Below, in pieces: positions 29,153-40,905 of a stretch of 64,000 nt of DNA. The position numbers were made by a program, and so were the translations under genes. The stretch comes from an uncultured Alphaproteobacteria bacterium (GTDB taxonomy: Bacteria > Pseudomonadota > Alphaproteobacteria > Rhizobiales > Xanthobacteraceae). The stretch spans positions 314,507 through 378,506 of the forward strand of contig CAVWYW010000017.1 in NCBI GenBank assembly GCA_963759345.1, given 5' to 3'. Under the pieces are notes generated by a model that did not search any database, had not been told where the DNA came from, and worked only from the letters and a program-made list of their open reading frames with translations. Within the stretch, counting starts at the first letter, position 1; every line of letters begins with the position of its first letter.

Positions 29153-32092
29153 TCAACCGCCGGCGAAGCGCCGGGACCACCAGCCGCTGCGGCGCGGCTT
29201 GTCGGTGCTTTCGCTTTCGCCGACTTCGGTGATCACCGGTTGCGGAGGCGGCGACGATGCCGGCACTGGCGTCGGGCTGTGGCGCGTCCGCGCTCACAAT
29301 CGGTGCCGGCTCGCGAACGGTCGAGCGCCGGCGCGGCGGCTCCGGTTGGCTCGCCGGGGCCGAGGGCGTCGACTCAACGACGGCCGGCTCGCTGGAAGGT
29401 GCCGCTGCGGCGAATGGCGGCGCAGCATCAAGGTCGGCGACGGCCGTCGCTCAGTTCCGCTTCGGTCGGCGGCGCTCCGGTGAGCTCTTCAGGCGGCGTC
29501 GGCGGCGGCTCATGCGGCTCGTAAGTATCGTGCCCCTCCGCCAGAGGCGCAGCTTCGCCGATACGTTCCGGACGATTGCGCCGGCCGCCGCGACGGCCGC
29601 GGCGGCGCCGGCGCCGCTCGCCATCGCGCTGCGCCTCGTTGCGGTTGTCTGAGCCGTTTTCGCTGGCCTCTTCGGCGAGTTCGTCCGCCGACAACTCGCC
29701 AATTTCGTCTGCGGCCTGGTCGCCGGCCGTCTCTGCCATCTCTTCGTGATGGTGCGGCTGCGGGTGCGCGCCGCCACCATTGCGTCCGCGGCGTCGCCGC
29801 CGGCGCCGGCGGCGTCCGCCGCCTTCCGCATGCTCGGCGGAAACTTCCGCCGCTGATCCCTCAGCCTCAGTCTCGACCTCGGCGTCGGACTCTTCTTCTT
29901 CCAACACCGCCGCGTCTTCAAGATCGTCGTCCTCCTCGAGCGGGGCGGCGATTGCTTCGTTCCGTTCGGCCAGCGCTTTGGCCGCTTCCAGCGTGTGCAC
30001 CTGCTCACCGCGATCGATGGCGAACGCCAGCGGCGCCGCGATGGTCGGCATCCGCGCTGATGGTGATGGTAATGGCGAACCGCTCCTCCAGTGCCCGCAG
30101 GTGCGCGCGCTTCTGGTTGAGCACATAAAGCGCCACGTCGGGGCGGGTGCGGGCGATCAGATTGTGGGTCGCGCCCTTGATCAGCTGCTCTTCCAGCGCC
30201 CGCAGTACCTGCAGCGCCAGCGACGAAACCGAGCGCACGTGGCCGCTGCCGCCGCAGTACGGACACTTCTCCGTCGAGCTTTCGAGCACGCTGGCGCGGA
30301 TGCGCTGGCGCGACATTTCGAGCAGGCCGAAGTGCGAGATGCGGCCGACCTGGATGCGGGCGCGATCCTGCTTGAGGCATTCCTTCAGCCGGCGCTCGAC
30401 CGAGCGGTTGTTGCGCTTCTCGTCCATATCGATGAAGTCGATGACGATCAGCCCGGCGAGGTCGCGCAATCTGAGCTGGCGCGCGATCTCATCGGCGGCT
30501 TCCAGATTGGTCTTGAGCGCGGTGTCCTCGATATGATGCTCGCGCGTGGCGCGGCCGGAATTGACGTCGATCGCGACCAGCGCTTCGGCCTGGTTGAGCA
30601 CGATGTAACCGCCGGAGCGCAGCTGCACTACCGGCGAGAACATGCCGTCGAGCTGGTTCTCGACCCCGTAGCGCGAGAGCAGCGGCTGGGTGTCGGAATA
30701 CGGCTTCACGTTCTTTGCATGACTCGGCATGAGCATGCGCATGAAGTCTTTGGCCTCGTTATAGGCCTCCGGCCCGGCGACGATCACCTCGTCGATTTCC
30801 TTGGAGTACAGGTCGCGGATCGAGCGTTTGACCAGCGAACCCTCTTCGTAGACGAGCTTCGGCGCCGTCGATTTCAGGGTCAGGTCGCGCACGGTTTCCC
30901 AGAGCCGCAGCAGATATTCGAAATCGCGCTTGATCTCGGTCTTGGTGCGGCTGGCACCGGCGGTGCGCACAATCACGCCCATGCCTTCCGGAACTTCGAG
31001 CTCCTGCGCGATCTCCTTGAGCCTGGAACGATCCTCGCCGCTGGTGATTTTGCGGCTGATCCCGCCGCCGCGCGCGGTATTGGGCATCAGCACCGAATAG
31101 CGGCCGGCGAGCGACAGATAGGTCGTCAGCGCGGCGCCTTTGGTGCCGCGCTCCTCTTTGACCACCTGCACCAGCATGACCTGCCGGCGCTTGATGACTT
31201 CCTGGATTTTATACTGGCGGCGATAGCGCGGGGCGCGATCGGGGACTTCTTCGAGCGCATCGGCGCCGCCGACGGATTCAACGATCTCCTCGGCGGCTTC
31301 GTCGTCTTCGCCGTTCTCGCCGCCGTTGTGACGTTCGGAAACTTCCCGAACGTTATCCGCGTCGGCGGCCTCAGCCGCCATCGGCTCGGCGCTCTCAGTG
31401 GCGGGTTCGCCGGCCGTCTCGACCAGAGAGGGTGCGTCGTGCGCCTCGGCGTCGTCGCCGTGCGGTGGCAAATTTTCGGAAGCGACGGGAACCTCGGATT
31501 CGCCTTCGGCTTCGGCAGGCGAGGGGGCCTCGGCGTGATCTGCGGAGTGTTCGGCAGCAAGCTGTTGCTCGTGCTCTGCCTCGCCGACCAACTCGGTAAC
31601 GGTCGGGCCTTCGGTGTCCTCGGCCTCGACCGCGGCCTCATCTTCGATCGCGGTTTCTTCGGCTGGCCGCGCTTCAGCGTGTTCGTGGGCCTCGGCCGCC
31701 TCGCCGTGCACCACCTCATCCCCGCGCCGCGCTTGCGACGAGCGGCTGTTGCCGCGATGCCGGCGCGAGCGCCGATCCGATCGCTCGTCTTCTGCTGCGC
31801 GCTGGGCGCGGCCCTCTTCGTCGATCAGGGCCTGCCGGTCGGCGACCGGGATCTGATAGTAGTCCGGATGGATTTCGCTGAACGCCAGAAAGCCGTGGCG
31901 GTTGCCGCCGTAATCGACAAAGGCTGCTTGCAGCGACGGCTCAACGCGCGTCACTTTCGCCAGATAGATATTGCCTCTGAGCTGTTTACGCTGAGCAGAC
32001 TCGAAGTCGAATTCCTCGACGCGATTGCCGCGCAAGACGACTACCCGGGTCTCTTCCGGATGCGTCGCGTCGATAAGCATTTTGTTGGCCAT
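29153..32092 (-). CDS. rne: Ribonuclease E; at least 3 frame breaks in the acidic/Arg-rich C-terminal half
   Basis: MANKMLIDATHPEETRVVVLRGNRVEEFDFES..KQLRGNIYLAKVTRVEPSLQAAFVDYGGNRHGFL, ..GGGISRKI.., ..VAIDVNSG.., CPYCGGSGH... The tail ends ..KPRRSGWWSRRFAGG*. Frame changes fall near 30050, 29445 and 29235. Confidence 0.85.
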
Positions 32093-32769
32093 TGCAAATC
32101 TCGTGAAGGCGCTCGTGCCGCACGCTCCGCGCCGCAGCGGCGAGGGAGGACGGTGAACTGCCTGTTAGTCGGTGAAGGAAAAGGATCGGAAATCCCGAAC
32201 GCGCTGAACGGAACTCGGTCCGCCGGTTGCAGAGCGCGTGAACGCCGCTGCACCAATCTGATCGAACCTGTTGCGCCTCGAACATGAATTCCAAACCGTG
32301 ATGGACGGCGGCGCCTTAAGCCGCCGCGATTACTCTCCAGTGCCTACGGCATCGGCGACGCCGCATCGGCAATGCATTTCGTGCCGGCACGGCGCCGCGC
32401 GGTAAGTTCCGGCCGCCCTGCTCCTTTAAGGTATTTGGCTCGCTTGTTCGTCCATCTGCATCGGCCGGCGCGCTATCTGCGCCGGATCGGATCGAAAAGC
32501 GCCGTCCGCTTAAGCTTCCCCCAATCGGAAGCGATTGCGGCGGACATGCCGGATACCCTGACGGGACACAGCCTGAACACTTGACCGTCGGCAACCTCTT
32601 CTTAAGGCCGCGGCTACGGAATTGGCAAGCCGGATACGACATTTACCCAAAGCAGCCGAATTGCGGGTTTGCCCGCTGCCTTGTCCGCTTGCCTCTAATT
32701 TAGGTACTTAAGTTTCGATTAACCACGCCTGCCTAATGCAGTAAGAGGGGCGCGGAGGGCTGAAAACCG

Positions 32770-34011
32770 ATGGCTGTCCGAGCGGCGCGCTGGGCTTTCC
32801 TCGGTCTGATCTTCGCGACGGCCGCATTTGCCGGGGACCGGGCTATGGCCCCCTCGGCTGCTGGCGGCGATTCGCCCCCGGTTGCGACCGATGCGCGGCT
32901 CGGCGGCGACGAATCGCAGACCCGGTTTGTCATGGATGTCAGCCGCAAGATCGATCTCCACGCCTTTACGCTGGCCGATCCGTATCGCGTCGTAATCGAC
33001 ATTCCGCAGGTAACCTTTCAGCTTCCGCCGAAAACGGGCGACAGCGGCCGCGGCCTGATCAAGGCCTTTCGCTTCGGCCTGGTGATGCAGGGCGGGTCAC
33101 GGCTGGTGTTCGACCTCGCCAAGCCCGTGCGCGTCGAAAAAGCCTTCGTCGTCGATGCCGCTGCCGACGCGCCCGCGCGATTGGTGCTTGATCTTGTCGC
33201 AACCGATCGCGAGAGCTTCTTGCGCCGGATCGCTTTGGAAAACAGCCAGGTGCGCGCCGAGCCTCAACACGAGAGCAATCAGGCGGCCAAGGACACCGAT
33301 CTGCGTCCGCTTGTCGCGCTTGATCCCGGCCACGGCGGCATCGACACCGGCAGCAAAGCGGCGAGCGGCGAACTGGAAAAAGACATTGTCTTGAGTTTCG
33401 CCCAACACTTGCGTGACCGCATCGAGAAAACCGGCAAGTACCGCGTCCTCATGACGCGGACCGACGACACGTTCGTGCCGCTTGCCGAGCGGGTGCGCAT
33501 CGCGCGCAACGCCGGCGCTTCGCTGTTCGTTTCGATTCACGCCAATTCGCTGCCGCACGGGGAGGGTGATGCGCAAGGCGCGAGCATCTACACATTGTCG
33601 GATACTGCGACCGACTCGGAGGCCGCGCGTCTTGCCGAGAAGGAAAACCGTGCCGATGTTATCGCCGGTGTCGATCTCAAAGCCGAGCCGGATGACGTAG
33701 CCGGCATTCTGCTCGACCTTGCCGAGCGGGAGACCAAAGGTTTTTCGCTGCGATTTGCCCAGAAACTGGTCAGTGACCTGAAGACCGCTACCGTGCTGCA
33801 CAAGAAGCCGCTGAAGTCGGCCGGCTTTCGCGTGTTGCGTGCGCCCGACGTGCCCTCCGTGCTAGTAGAGCTCGGCTACGTCTCGAACCGCTCTGACCTG
33901 CACTCACTGCTTTCCGAAACCTGGCGCAATCGGACGTCGGAGACTATGGCGCAGGCCATCGACTCTTTCATGGCGGCTCGCACTACCAACACCCGCACCG
34001 GCGCGAATTAG
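32770..34011 (+). CDS. N-acetylmuramoyl-L-alanine amidase with N-terminal AMIN domain
   Basis: Signal peptide. RFVMDVSRKIDLHAFTLADPYRVVIDIP (AMIN). VALDPGHGGIDTG..SIHANS..GASIYTLS..ESN-type ..LVELGYVSN (Amidase_3). Confidence 0.85.
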   Translation: MAVRAARWAFLGLIFATAAFAGDRAMAPSAAGGDSPPVATDARLGGDESQTRFVMDVSRKIDLHAFTLADPYRVVIDIPQVTFQLPPKTGDSGRGLIKAFRFGLVMQGGSRLVFDLAKPVRVEKAFVVDAAADAPARLVLDLVATDRESFLRRIALENSQVRAEPQHESNQAAKDTDLRPLVALDPGHGGIDTGSKAASGELEKDIVLSFAQHLRDRIEKTGKYRVLMTRTDDTFVPLAERVRIARNAGASLFVSIHANSLPHGEGDAQGASIYTLSDTATDSEAARLAEKENRADVIAGVDLKAEPDDVAGILLDLAERETKGFSLRFAQKLVSDLKTATVLHKKPLKSAGFRVLRAPDVPSVLVELGYVSNRSDLHSLLSETWRNRTSETMAQAIDSFMAARTTNTRTGAN

Positions 34012-34187
34012 GGATCCCGACCAGTGCTAGCCCGAGCTATCGCCGGCCTCAGTTTGAACAAAAACCGGAGCGACGAAACGTGATGGCGATCGGGGCTAAC
34101 GGGGAATTGGGGCCGATAGCGCCCAACCGGATGTTCGCCGCGTGGCCGCTTTTGACCGCGCGCCGCGGCGAGGTAGGGCGCTGGTAA

Positions 34188-36650
34188 ATGAAGCTCTTGC
34201 TACGATTCCTCGGCTTCCTGTTCGCGGCGGGTACCATTCTGTTCCTTGTCGGCATCGGCGCAGTCGCCGGCGTATTATGGCATTTCTCCAAGGACTTGCC
34301 GGACTATTCTCAACTAAAGGACTATGAGCCTCCGGTCATGACGCGGGTACACGCCGCGGACGGCTCGTTATTGGCTGAATATGCCAACGAACGCCGGCTC
34401 TATCTTCCGATCCAGGCGGTGCCGAAGCTGGTGGTCAACGCGTTCATCTCGGCGGAAGACAAAAACTTTTACCAACATCCCGGAATTGACGTTGCCGGCA
34501 TTGCCCGCGCGGGCCTGCTCTATGTCCAGAACTTTGGCAGTAGCCGGCGTCCGCAAGGTGCTTCGACCATCACCCAACAGGTGGCAAAGAACTTCCTGCT
34601 GACCAACGAACTATCGATTACCCGCAAAATCAAGGAAGCGCTGCTCGCGCTGCGCATCGAACGGACCTATTCGAAGGACAAGATTCTCGAACTCTATCTC
34701 AATCAAATTTACCTCGGACTCGGCGCCTACGGCATTGCCGCGGCTTCGCTGCTGTACTTCGACAAGTCGGTGCATGAGCTGACGATCGCCGAGGCGGCGT
34801 ATCTCGCGGCCTTGCCCAAGGGTCCGAACAATTACAATCCATTCCGCCACCACGACGAAGCGGTCGCGCGCCGCAATTACGTGATCGACCGCATGGTCGA
34901 GGACGGCTACATCACCGCGCAAGTCGGGGACGACGCCAAGAAGCAGCCGCTCAATATCGCGGTACGGCCGACCGGCGCTCACACTTTCGCGGCCGAATAT
35001 TTCGCCGAAGAAGTACGCCGGTACATCTTCGAAAACTACGGCGAGAAAAAGCTCTACGAGGGCGGGCTTTCTGTTCGCACCACGCTTGATCCAAAGATGC
35101 AGGTGCTGGCGCGCAAAACCATGGCCGACGGCCTGGTTAATTTTGATGAGACGCAAGGCTGGCGCGGTGCGGTCACCAAGATCGATATCAGCGGCGATTG
35201 GGGTGCGAAGCTCGCCGACGTGAAATCGCTGTCTGACATCGATCCGTGGCGGCTCGCGGTCGTGCTCCAGGTCGATGATCAATCGGCGCGCATCGGGCTC
35301 CAGCCCCCCCGCGATCCCGGCGGCGCCGTGGTCAAGGCCCGCGAGGTTGGTATCGTCCCGGCCGAAGGCGCCAAATGGGCGAAACCGGCGGGCACACCGG
35401 CAAAACAGGCAGTGCGGGTCAGTCAGATCCTCACACCTGGCGACGTCATCTATGTCGAGCCGCTGAAGGAGCAACAAGGCCAGTTTCGGCTGCGCCAGAT
35501 ACCGGAAATCTCGGGCGCCATGGTCGTCATGGATCCGCACACCGGCCGCGTGCTGGCGATGGTTGGCGGCTTCTCTTACGACCAGAGCCAGTTCAACCGC
35601 GCGACCCAGGCGCTGCGGCAGCCCGGCTCGTCGTTCAAACCGCTCGTCTATGCTTCAGCGATCGACAACGGCTACACACCCTCAACCATTGTGCTCGATG
35701 CTCCCCTCGAAATTGACATGGGGCCTGGTGGTGGCGGCGTTTGGAAGCCAGAAAACTACGGCGGCAAATTCTATGGGCCCTCGACGCTGCGCTTCGGCCT
35801 TGAACTGTCGCGCAACGTGATGACGGTACGGTTGGCGCAAGAAATCGGCATGCCGTTGATTGCGGAATACGCCAAGCGGTTCGGCGTCTACGACGATTTG
35901 CCGCCTTACCTTTCGTACGCGCTCGGTGCCGGCGAGACCACGGTATTGCGGATGGTCGCCGCTTATTCGATGCTCGATAATGGCGGTAAACGCGTCAAGC
36001 CGACCTTGATCGACCGGATACAGGACCGCTACGGCCACACCATCTACAAGCACGACCAGCGCGAGTGCCGCGGCTGCGACGCCGATCAATGGACCAATCA
36101 GCCGGAACCAACGCTGGTGGATCGCCGCGAACAGGTGATTGATACGATGACCGCCTATCAGATCACCTCGATGATGGAGGGCGTCGTCCAGCGCGGCACA
36201 GCGACCGTGGTGCGCGACGTTGGCAAGCCCATCGCCGGCAAAACCGGCACCACCAATGAAGAGAAGGACGTGTGGTTCATCGGCTTTTCGCCGGATATCG
36301 TGTGCGGCGTCTATATGGGGTACGACAAGCCGCGCCACATCGCGCGCCTTGCCACCGGCGGGCACTTGGCCGCGCCGGTCGTTCGCGATTTCCTCAAGGT
36401 CGCGCTCGCCGACAAGCCGCCGATCCCGTTCCGCGTGCCGCCCGGCATCAAGCTGATCCGGGTCAACGCCAAAACCGGCATGCGCGCCGCCGCTGGCGAT
36501 ACCCGAGTCATTCTCGAAGCCTTCAAGCCGGGCACTGCGCCGCCCGATAGCTACTCGGTCATCGGGACCGAATCCGCCAACGGCAAGGCGCTGCCAGTTC
36601 CGCCCGAAGCGGATCGCGCGGTCCGCGGCGGCACCAGCGGCTTGTACTAA
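34188..36650 (+). CDS. mrcA: Penicillin-binding protein 1A (bifunctional transglycosylase/transpeptidase)
   Basis: Intact 820-aa ORF. FISAEDKNFY.H.G.D, GASTITQQVAKN, RKIKE (GT51). Also SSFKP, SRN and KTGTT (transpeptidase). Confidence 0.9.
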   Translation: MKLLLRFLGFLFAAGTILFLVGIGAVAGVLWHFSKDLPDYSQLKDYEPPVMTRVHAADGSLLAEYANERRLYLPIQAVPKLVVNAFISAEDKNFYQHPGIDVAGIARAGLLYVQNFGSSRRPQGASTITQQVAKNFLLTNELSITRKIKEALLALRIERTYSKDKILELYLNQIYLGLGAYGIAAASLLYFDKSVHELTIAEAAYLAALPKGPNNYNPFRHHDEAVARRNYVIDRMVEDGYITAQVGDDAKKQPLNIAVRPTGAHTFAAEYFAEEVRRYIFENYGEKKLYEGGLSVRTTLDPKMQVLARKTMADGLVNFDETQGWRGAVTKIDISGDWGAKLADVKSLSDIDPWRLAVVLQVDDQSARIGLQPPRDPGGAVVKAREVGIVPAEGAKWAKPAGTPAKQAVRVSQILTPGDVIYVEPLKEQQGQFRLRQIPEISGAMVVMDPHTGRVLAMVGGFSYDQSQFNRATQALRQPGSSFKPLVYASAIDNGYTPSTIVLDAPLEIDMGPGGGGVWKPENYGGKFYGPSTLRFGLELSRNVMTVRLAQEIGMPLIAEYAKRFGVYDDLPPYLSYALGAGETTVLRMVAAYSMLDNGGKRVKPTLIDRIQDRYGHTIYKHDQRECRGCDADQWTNQPEPTLVDRREQVIDTMTAYQITSMMEGVVQRGTATVVRDVGKPIAGKTGTTNEEKDVWFIGFSPDIVCGVYMGYDKPRHIARLATGGHLAAPVVRDFLKVALADKPPIPFRVPPGIKLIRVNAKTGMRAAAGDTRVILEAFKPGTAPPDSYSVIGTESANGKALPVPPEADRAVRGGTSGLY

Positions 36651-36739
36651 GATCAAGGATCGGGCGCTAGCGATCAGGTCACGCCAGCCGCCAGGGCGCG
36701 ATCATTGACACCTGATGTCCGACGCCTGATATCTGACCG

Positions 36740-37872
36740 ATGCGCGCGGAAATCACGGCCGTCGTCGAGGAGATTAAGCAGTCCGTCGGGCTGCTGAGGA
36801 GGCATCTTTGACGTCGACAAAGCCCGCGTGCGGCTTGCCGAGCTGAACCGGCAGGCCGAAGACCCCAATCTCTGGAATGATCCGCAGCGCGCCAGCCGCG
36901 TCATGCAGGAGCGCACCGCGCTCGACGACCAGCTCACCGCGCTGTCCCGCATCGAGCAGGAGCTCGACGATCAGGGGATGCTGATCGAACTCGGCGAAGC
37001 AGAGGACGATCAGAAAGTTATCGCCGAGGCTGAAGGGGCGCTGCGTAAGCTCAAAGCCGAAGTGGCGCGCCGCGAGCTTGAGGCGCTGCTGTCTGGCGAG
37101 GCTGACGCCAACGATTGCTATCTCGAAGTGCATGCCGGCGCCGGCGGTACCGAGAGCCAGGATTGGACCAATATGCTGCTGCGCATGTATGTGCGCTGGG
37201 CCGAGCAGCACGGCTTCAAGGTCGATTACATCGAGGAAACCCAGGGCGAAGAGGCCGGCATCAAATCAGCCACCATTGAGGTCAAGGGCCACAACGCCTA
37301 TGGCTGGCTGAAAACCGAGAATGGCGTGCACCGCCTCGTGCGCATCTCGCCATTTGACGCCAATGCGCGCCGGCATACCTCGTTCGCCAGCGTCAACGTC
37401 TATCCGGTGGTCGATGACCGCATCAATATCGACATCAAGGAAGCCGACGTGCGTGTCGACACGATGCGCGCCGGCGGCGCCGGCGGTCAGCACGTCAACA
37501 AGACCGAATTCGGCGATCCGTCTCACCCACATTCCGACCAACATCGTAGTCGTGTGCCAGAACGATCGTTCCCAGCACCGCAATCGGGCACAGGCCTGGC
37601 AGATGCTGCGCGCCAAACTCTATGAAGCCGAGCTGAAAAAACGCGAGGCGCAGGCCGCCGCTGAACAGGCCGCCAAGACCGACATCGGCTGGGGCCATCA
37701 GATCCGTTCCTACGTGTTGCAGCCCTATCAGATGGTGAAGGATTTGCGCACCGGCGTCGCGACGTCCAACACCGGCGGCGTGCTCGATGGCGACATCGAT
37801 CAATTCATGGAAGCGGCACTGGCGCAGAAGGCGTTCGGCGGCGAGCCGGTTGCGGTGGAAGACGTCGAGTAG
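36740..37872 (+). CDS. prfB: Peptide chain release factor 2, with the programmed +1 frameshift at 36809 plus one unprogrammed frame break near 37509
   Basis: [26 protein letters not shown]. The +1 frame then reads [24 protein letters not shown].., [24 protein letters not shown].., ..[19 protein letters not shown]. Confidence 0.9.
36797..36812 (+). promoter_or_regulatory. prfB: prfB autoregulatory +1 frameshift site (AGGAGG CAT CTT TGA C)
   Basis: An internal SD-like AGGAGG lies 3 nt upstream of the slippery CTT followed by an in-frame TGA-C. This is the same architecture as the classical RF2 recoding site. Confidence 0.85.
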
Positions 37873-38178
37873 AGTTCGTGCCCTTAAATCGGGTTCAATG
37901 TCCGCATCGCCCCGAAGGCAACTGAATTGCTGCGTCGCCGCGAAATGACGCGATGGGGCCATGCAAACCTCAAAGCCGCGTCCGAGCCAGGTCCCTCGAA
38001 GCCGACTTGTGGAGGTACTGCGGCGGTGCCAAAAAAGCGCAAGCTCGCGGGCGAACCTTTCCGAGGTGTGCTCCGACAAAGAGGTTGTTCCCGGGGAGAA
38101 ATTCCGAGGCGGGGCTACCGTTACGCCGTAGCTGGGGGCTTTTCGCTCAAAACCCCTTGAAGCCGTCGATGGCCACCC

Positions 38179-39753
38179 ATGCATTGGATGCTCACCGTGA
38201 CGATCCTTGCTGCGACGCTTGTGGCTACCGCGCCGTTGCTCGTCCAAACCTGCCGGCCGATGGAAAGCTCAGCAGTCGGTGTTGATACCGGCATGACGGA
38301 CGTGCTTCCGCAGCGCTGCGATGAGTCTGGCAAATGCCGAATCTTCGACATCAGCGGACGGCCGCTCGGCGAGCCCGGCGACTTTGTCGTTCCGCGAACC
38401 GCGTCGGCCTTTGGTCTGGTTGCGGTCGAAACAAAGAACAGCGGCTTGCGGGGCTACATGAACACTGATGGCACCTGGAAGATCGAACCGCAATTCAAGC
38501 GCGCGGGTCCATATTGTGGCGACCGCGCGGCCGTCCAGCGCGTCGACGGTCTCTGGGTCTACCTTGATCGTGAAGGCCAGGAGGTCGGCGGTCCCTGGGA
38601 CGGCGCGGAAGCGTTCACCGAAGGCCGCGGCCTCGTTACATCCTACAAGGGGGGCGACAAGTTCCTCCACGGATATGTCGACACCAGCCGGCAAAGTCGC
38701 CATTCTCAATTCAATTCGCTGGCGCGCGATTGTTTTCGGAAGGGCTTGCGGCGGTGCTGGTCGACGGAAAATGGGGTTACATCGACCGCGACGGCAAGAT
38801 GGCCATCAGTCCGCGCTTCGCCGAGGCCGAAGCTTTTCGGGACGGTCGTGCCGTGGTGCGTGTCGGTGCCGGCTGGGGAAGGAACAGCGGCCTGATCGAT
38901 GCGACCGGGAAATTCATCATCGACCCGCAATACGAGCAGATCAGCAGGATCGGCGACCGCTTCTGGAGCGTCGGCATCACCGACCGGGCCCATCGTGGCA
39001 ACGGCGAACCTCCGCTGTTGTCGCGGCTCGTCGATGCGGAGGGACACTTTGTTTCAAGGAAGTCCTACAATGCCTTCGGCGCGCTGGAGGATGGGCTGAT
39101 TTCAGTCTGCCGCAAGGATCGCTGCGGATTCATGGACATCCATGGCAAACTTGCCATTCCCTTGAAGTACAAGGGCGTGGACGATTTCCAGGAAGGGCTC
39201 GCCGCGGTAACCACCCACGGAAACCGCTACGGCTTCATCGATCGAAGGGCAAGCTTGTTCTCGCCGAACGTTACCAAGCCTCGGTCCGCACCACGAACAT
39301 TTTGGCGCGGGACCATTCGTGAACGGCCTGGCGCCGGCGGGCTGCAAGGGACGTTGGGGCTTCATCGACAAGGAGGGCGCTTGGGCGATCCCGCCGATCT
39401 ACCGGTTCGCGCAGTCGTTCGAAAACGGCTTCGCACCCGTCCGGATCAAGACCGGAACCGGGCATCTGCGGCCCGACGGCAGCGCCATCGATTTCAGTCC
39501 AGCTGAAGTCAACGAGATCACGCTGCCGTCGCGTCCCTGCGGTGCTCCGTTGGCGCACGCTAATCGGGATCAGGATGAAGCCGGCGTCCACGCCGCAGTC
39601 GTCACCGCGAAACACGCTTGCAGGACGATTAACCATCTGCCTGTTCGTCGGTGCGGGCCCGGCTTCCCTCGCGCTGTTGCTCTTGTGCCGGCATTGGCCG
39701 CGAGCATCCTCGCAGGGTGCCTTTCGTTCGAAGCTTGGTTACTTCAGATTTAA
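38179..39753 (+). CDS. WG-repeat (KWG) containing secreted protein; at least 3 frame breaks
   Basis: Repeated units of the form G.WGYID..G...I.P.F..A..F..G.A.V (e.g. DGKWGYIDRDGKMAISPRFAEAEAFRDGRAVV, RCGFMDIHGKLAIPLKYKGVDDFQEGLAAV, GRWGFIDKEGAWAIPPIYRFAQSFENGFAPV). Frame changes fall near 38700, 39250 and 39300. Confidence 0.65.
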
Positions 39754-40208
39754 GCCTCCGGTTCTGAAACGCTACTGCGTTTGCTCGACGTTCTCAGGAT
39801 CGGCCGATGACTTATTCCTCGCTTTCAGCGCGGCGTTTCTGCTGTTCGCCGTCGACGAACTGTTCCACGCCTTGGCAGCGGTTCGCAATTCGGCGGCTGG
39901 GCCTTTTCATTCCGGCTTGCGGGTTTCGGCGTGTTGATTTTTGCGATCCTGCGAAAGAACCTCAGATAACCGATCCCGGGAACGCCGGGGCATTTGCGGA
40001 GGGGCTTCGATTGGCCGGGCTGCGCGCCGGTTCTATTAATTTCAAATTGGTCGGGACCGCTCTGCTTTGGTTGTTCGGGCAGTATGCGTCGAAGTGCAGC
40101 GCATCGAGTCGTATTTTCGACGTAATACCGCTCGCATCCTGCCAGCTTGAGGGGAAGCGTGCGCGGATCCTTCCTGGTTGGTGCATCATTGTCGGCTAGG
40201 GGACGACG

Positions 40209-40826
40209 ATGAAATTCGTCATTCGCTACGGCTTGGCGGCCCTTCTCATCATCACCGCAATCGTGCTGGTGATACCCCATTTGCCGACTTCTTCGAACAA
40301 AGTCGGCGAGCGAGTCAATCGCGCTCGGTATTGGCCTTCATGCGGCGTCCAACTCACTAGCACTAGTCGCTCGGCTAATCGACTTAAAGTAATCATGATG
40401 CTGTTCATCGGTGGCCTACGAGAGCAAGTTGGCGAGCGATTTTGCGACGACAATGGGACGCTCGTTACAAGAAAAGAAATGTCGAAGGGCTTCGTTTTCA
40501 AGAAGCCGGTCATCGAACACTGCGTGATTGTCAAACTCAACGTCGGCCGCCTGAGCCTCATGGTGTCGAGCTTCCCGGTCGTGACGCCCGACGAGCGCGG
40601 GCAGATGGTGCTGGTACATGATCTGGCGGTCGTCGCGCAGCGCACCGCCGAGGCGAGGCGATGGATTATCGTCGTTCTCGTCGGCGTGGTGTTTCTTGCC
40701 GCGGCCTTTGCCGGTCTGGTCACGATCTTGTTGACACGGGCTGGCTCCGATCGTTGCGGCGCGCGAACGAGGCCATATCTATCGGCGGCAGCGGCAGCAT
40801 CGCGGCTTCCAGAGCAACAAAATTAG
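40209..40826 (+). CDS. Hypothetical protein with N- and C-terminal TM helices
   Basis: 205-aa ORF in lower-GC DNA. TM helices are YGLAALLIITAIVLVI and WIIVVLVGVVFLAAAFAGLVTILL. I recognise no family. Confidence 0.4.
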   Translation: MKFVIRYGLAALLIITAIVLVIPHLPTSSNKVGERVNRARYWPSCGVQLTSTSRSANRLKVIMMLFIGGLREQVGERFCDDNGTLVTRKEMSKGFVFKKPVIEHCVIVKLNVGRLSLMVSSFPVVTPDERGQMVLVHDLAVVAQRTAEARRWIIVVLVGVVFLAAAFAGLVTILLTRAGSDRCGARTRPYLSAAAAASRLPEQQN

Positions 40827-40905
40827 CCGACTCAGTCACTCTTGACGCGACCTTGAGCTGAGCCAGATTCCGGCCGACGAACCCGATGTCGAAAGGTCTC
40901 CCGCC

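Noticed and set aside
39754-40208. ORF 39807-40199 and overlapping frames with hydrophobic stretches (..FLAFSAAFLLFAVDELFHALA.., ..GFGVLIFAILRKNL..).
   Set aside because: The fragments are short, in different frames and without recognisable family signatures. They may be debris of a membrane-protein gene, but I cannot support a call.
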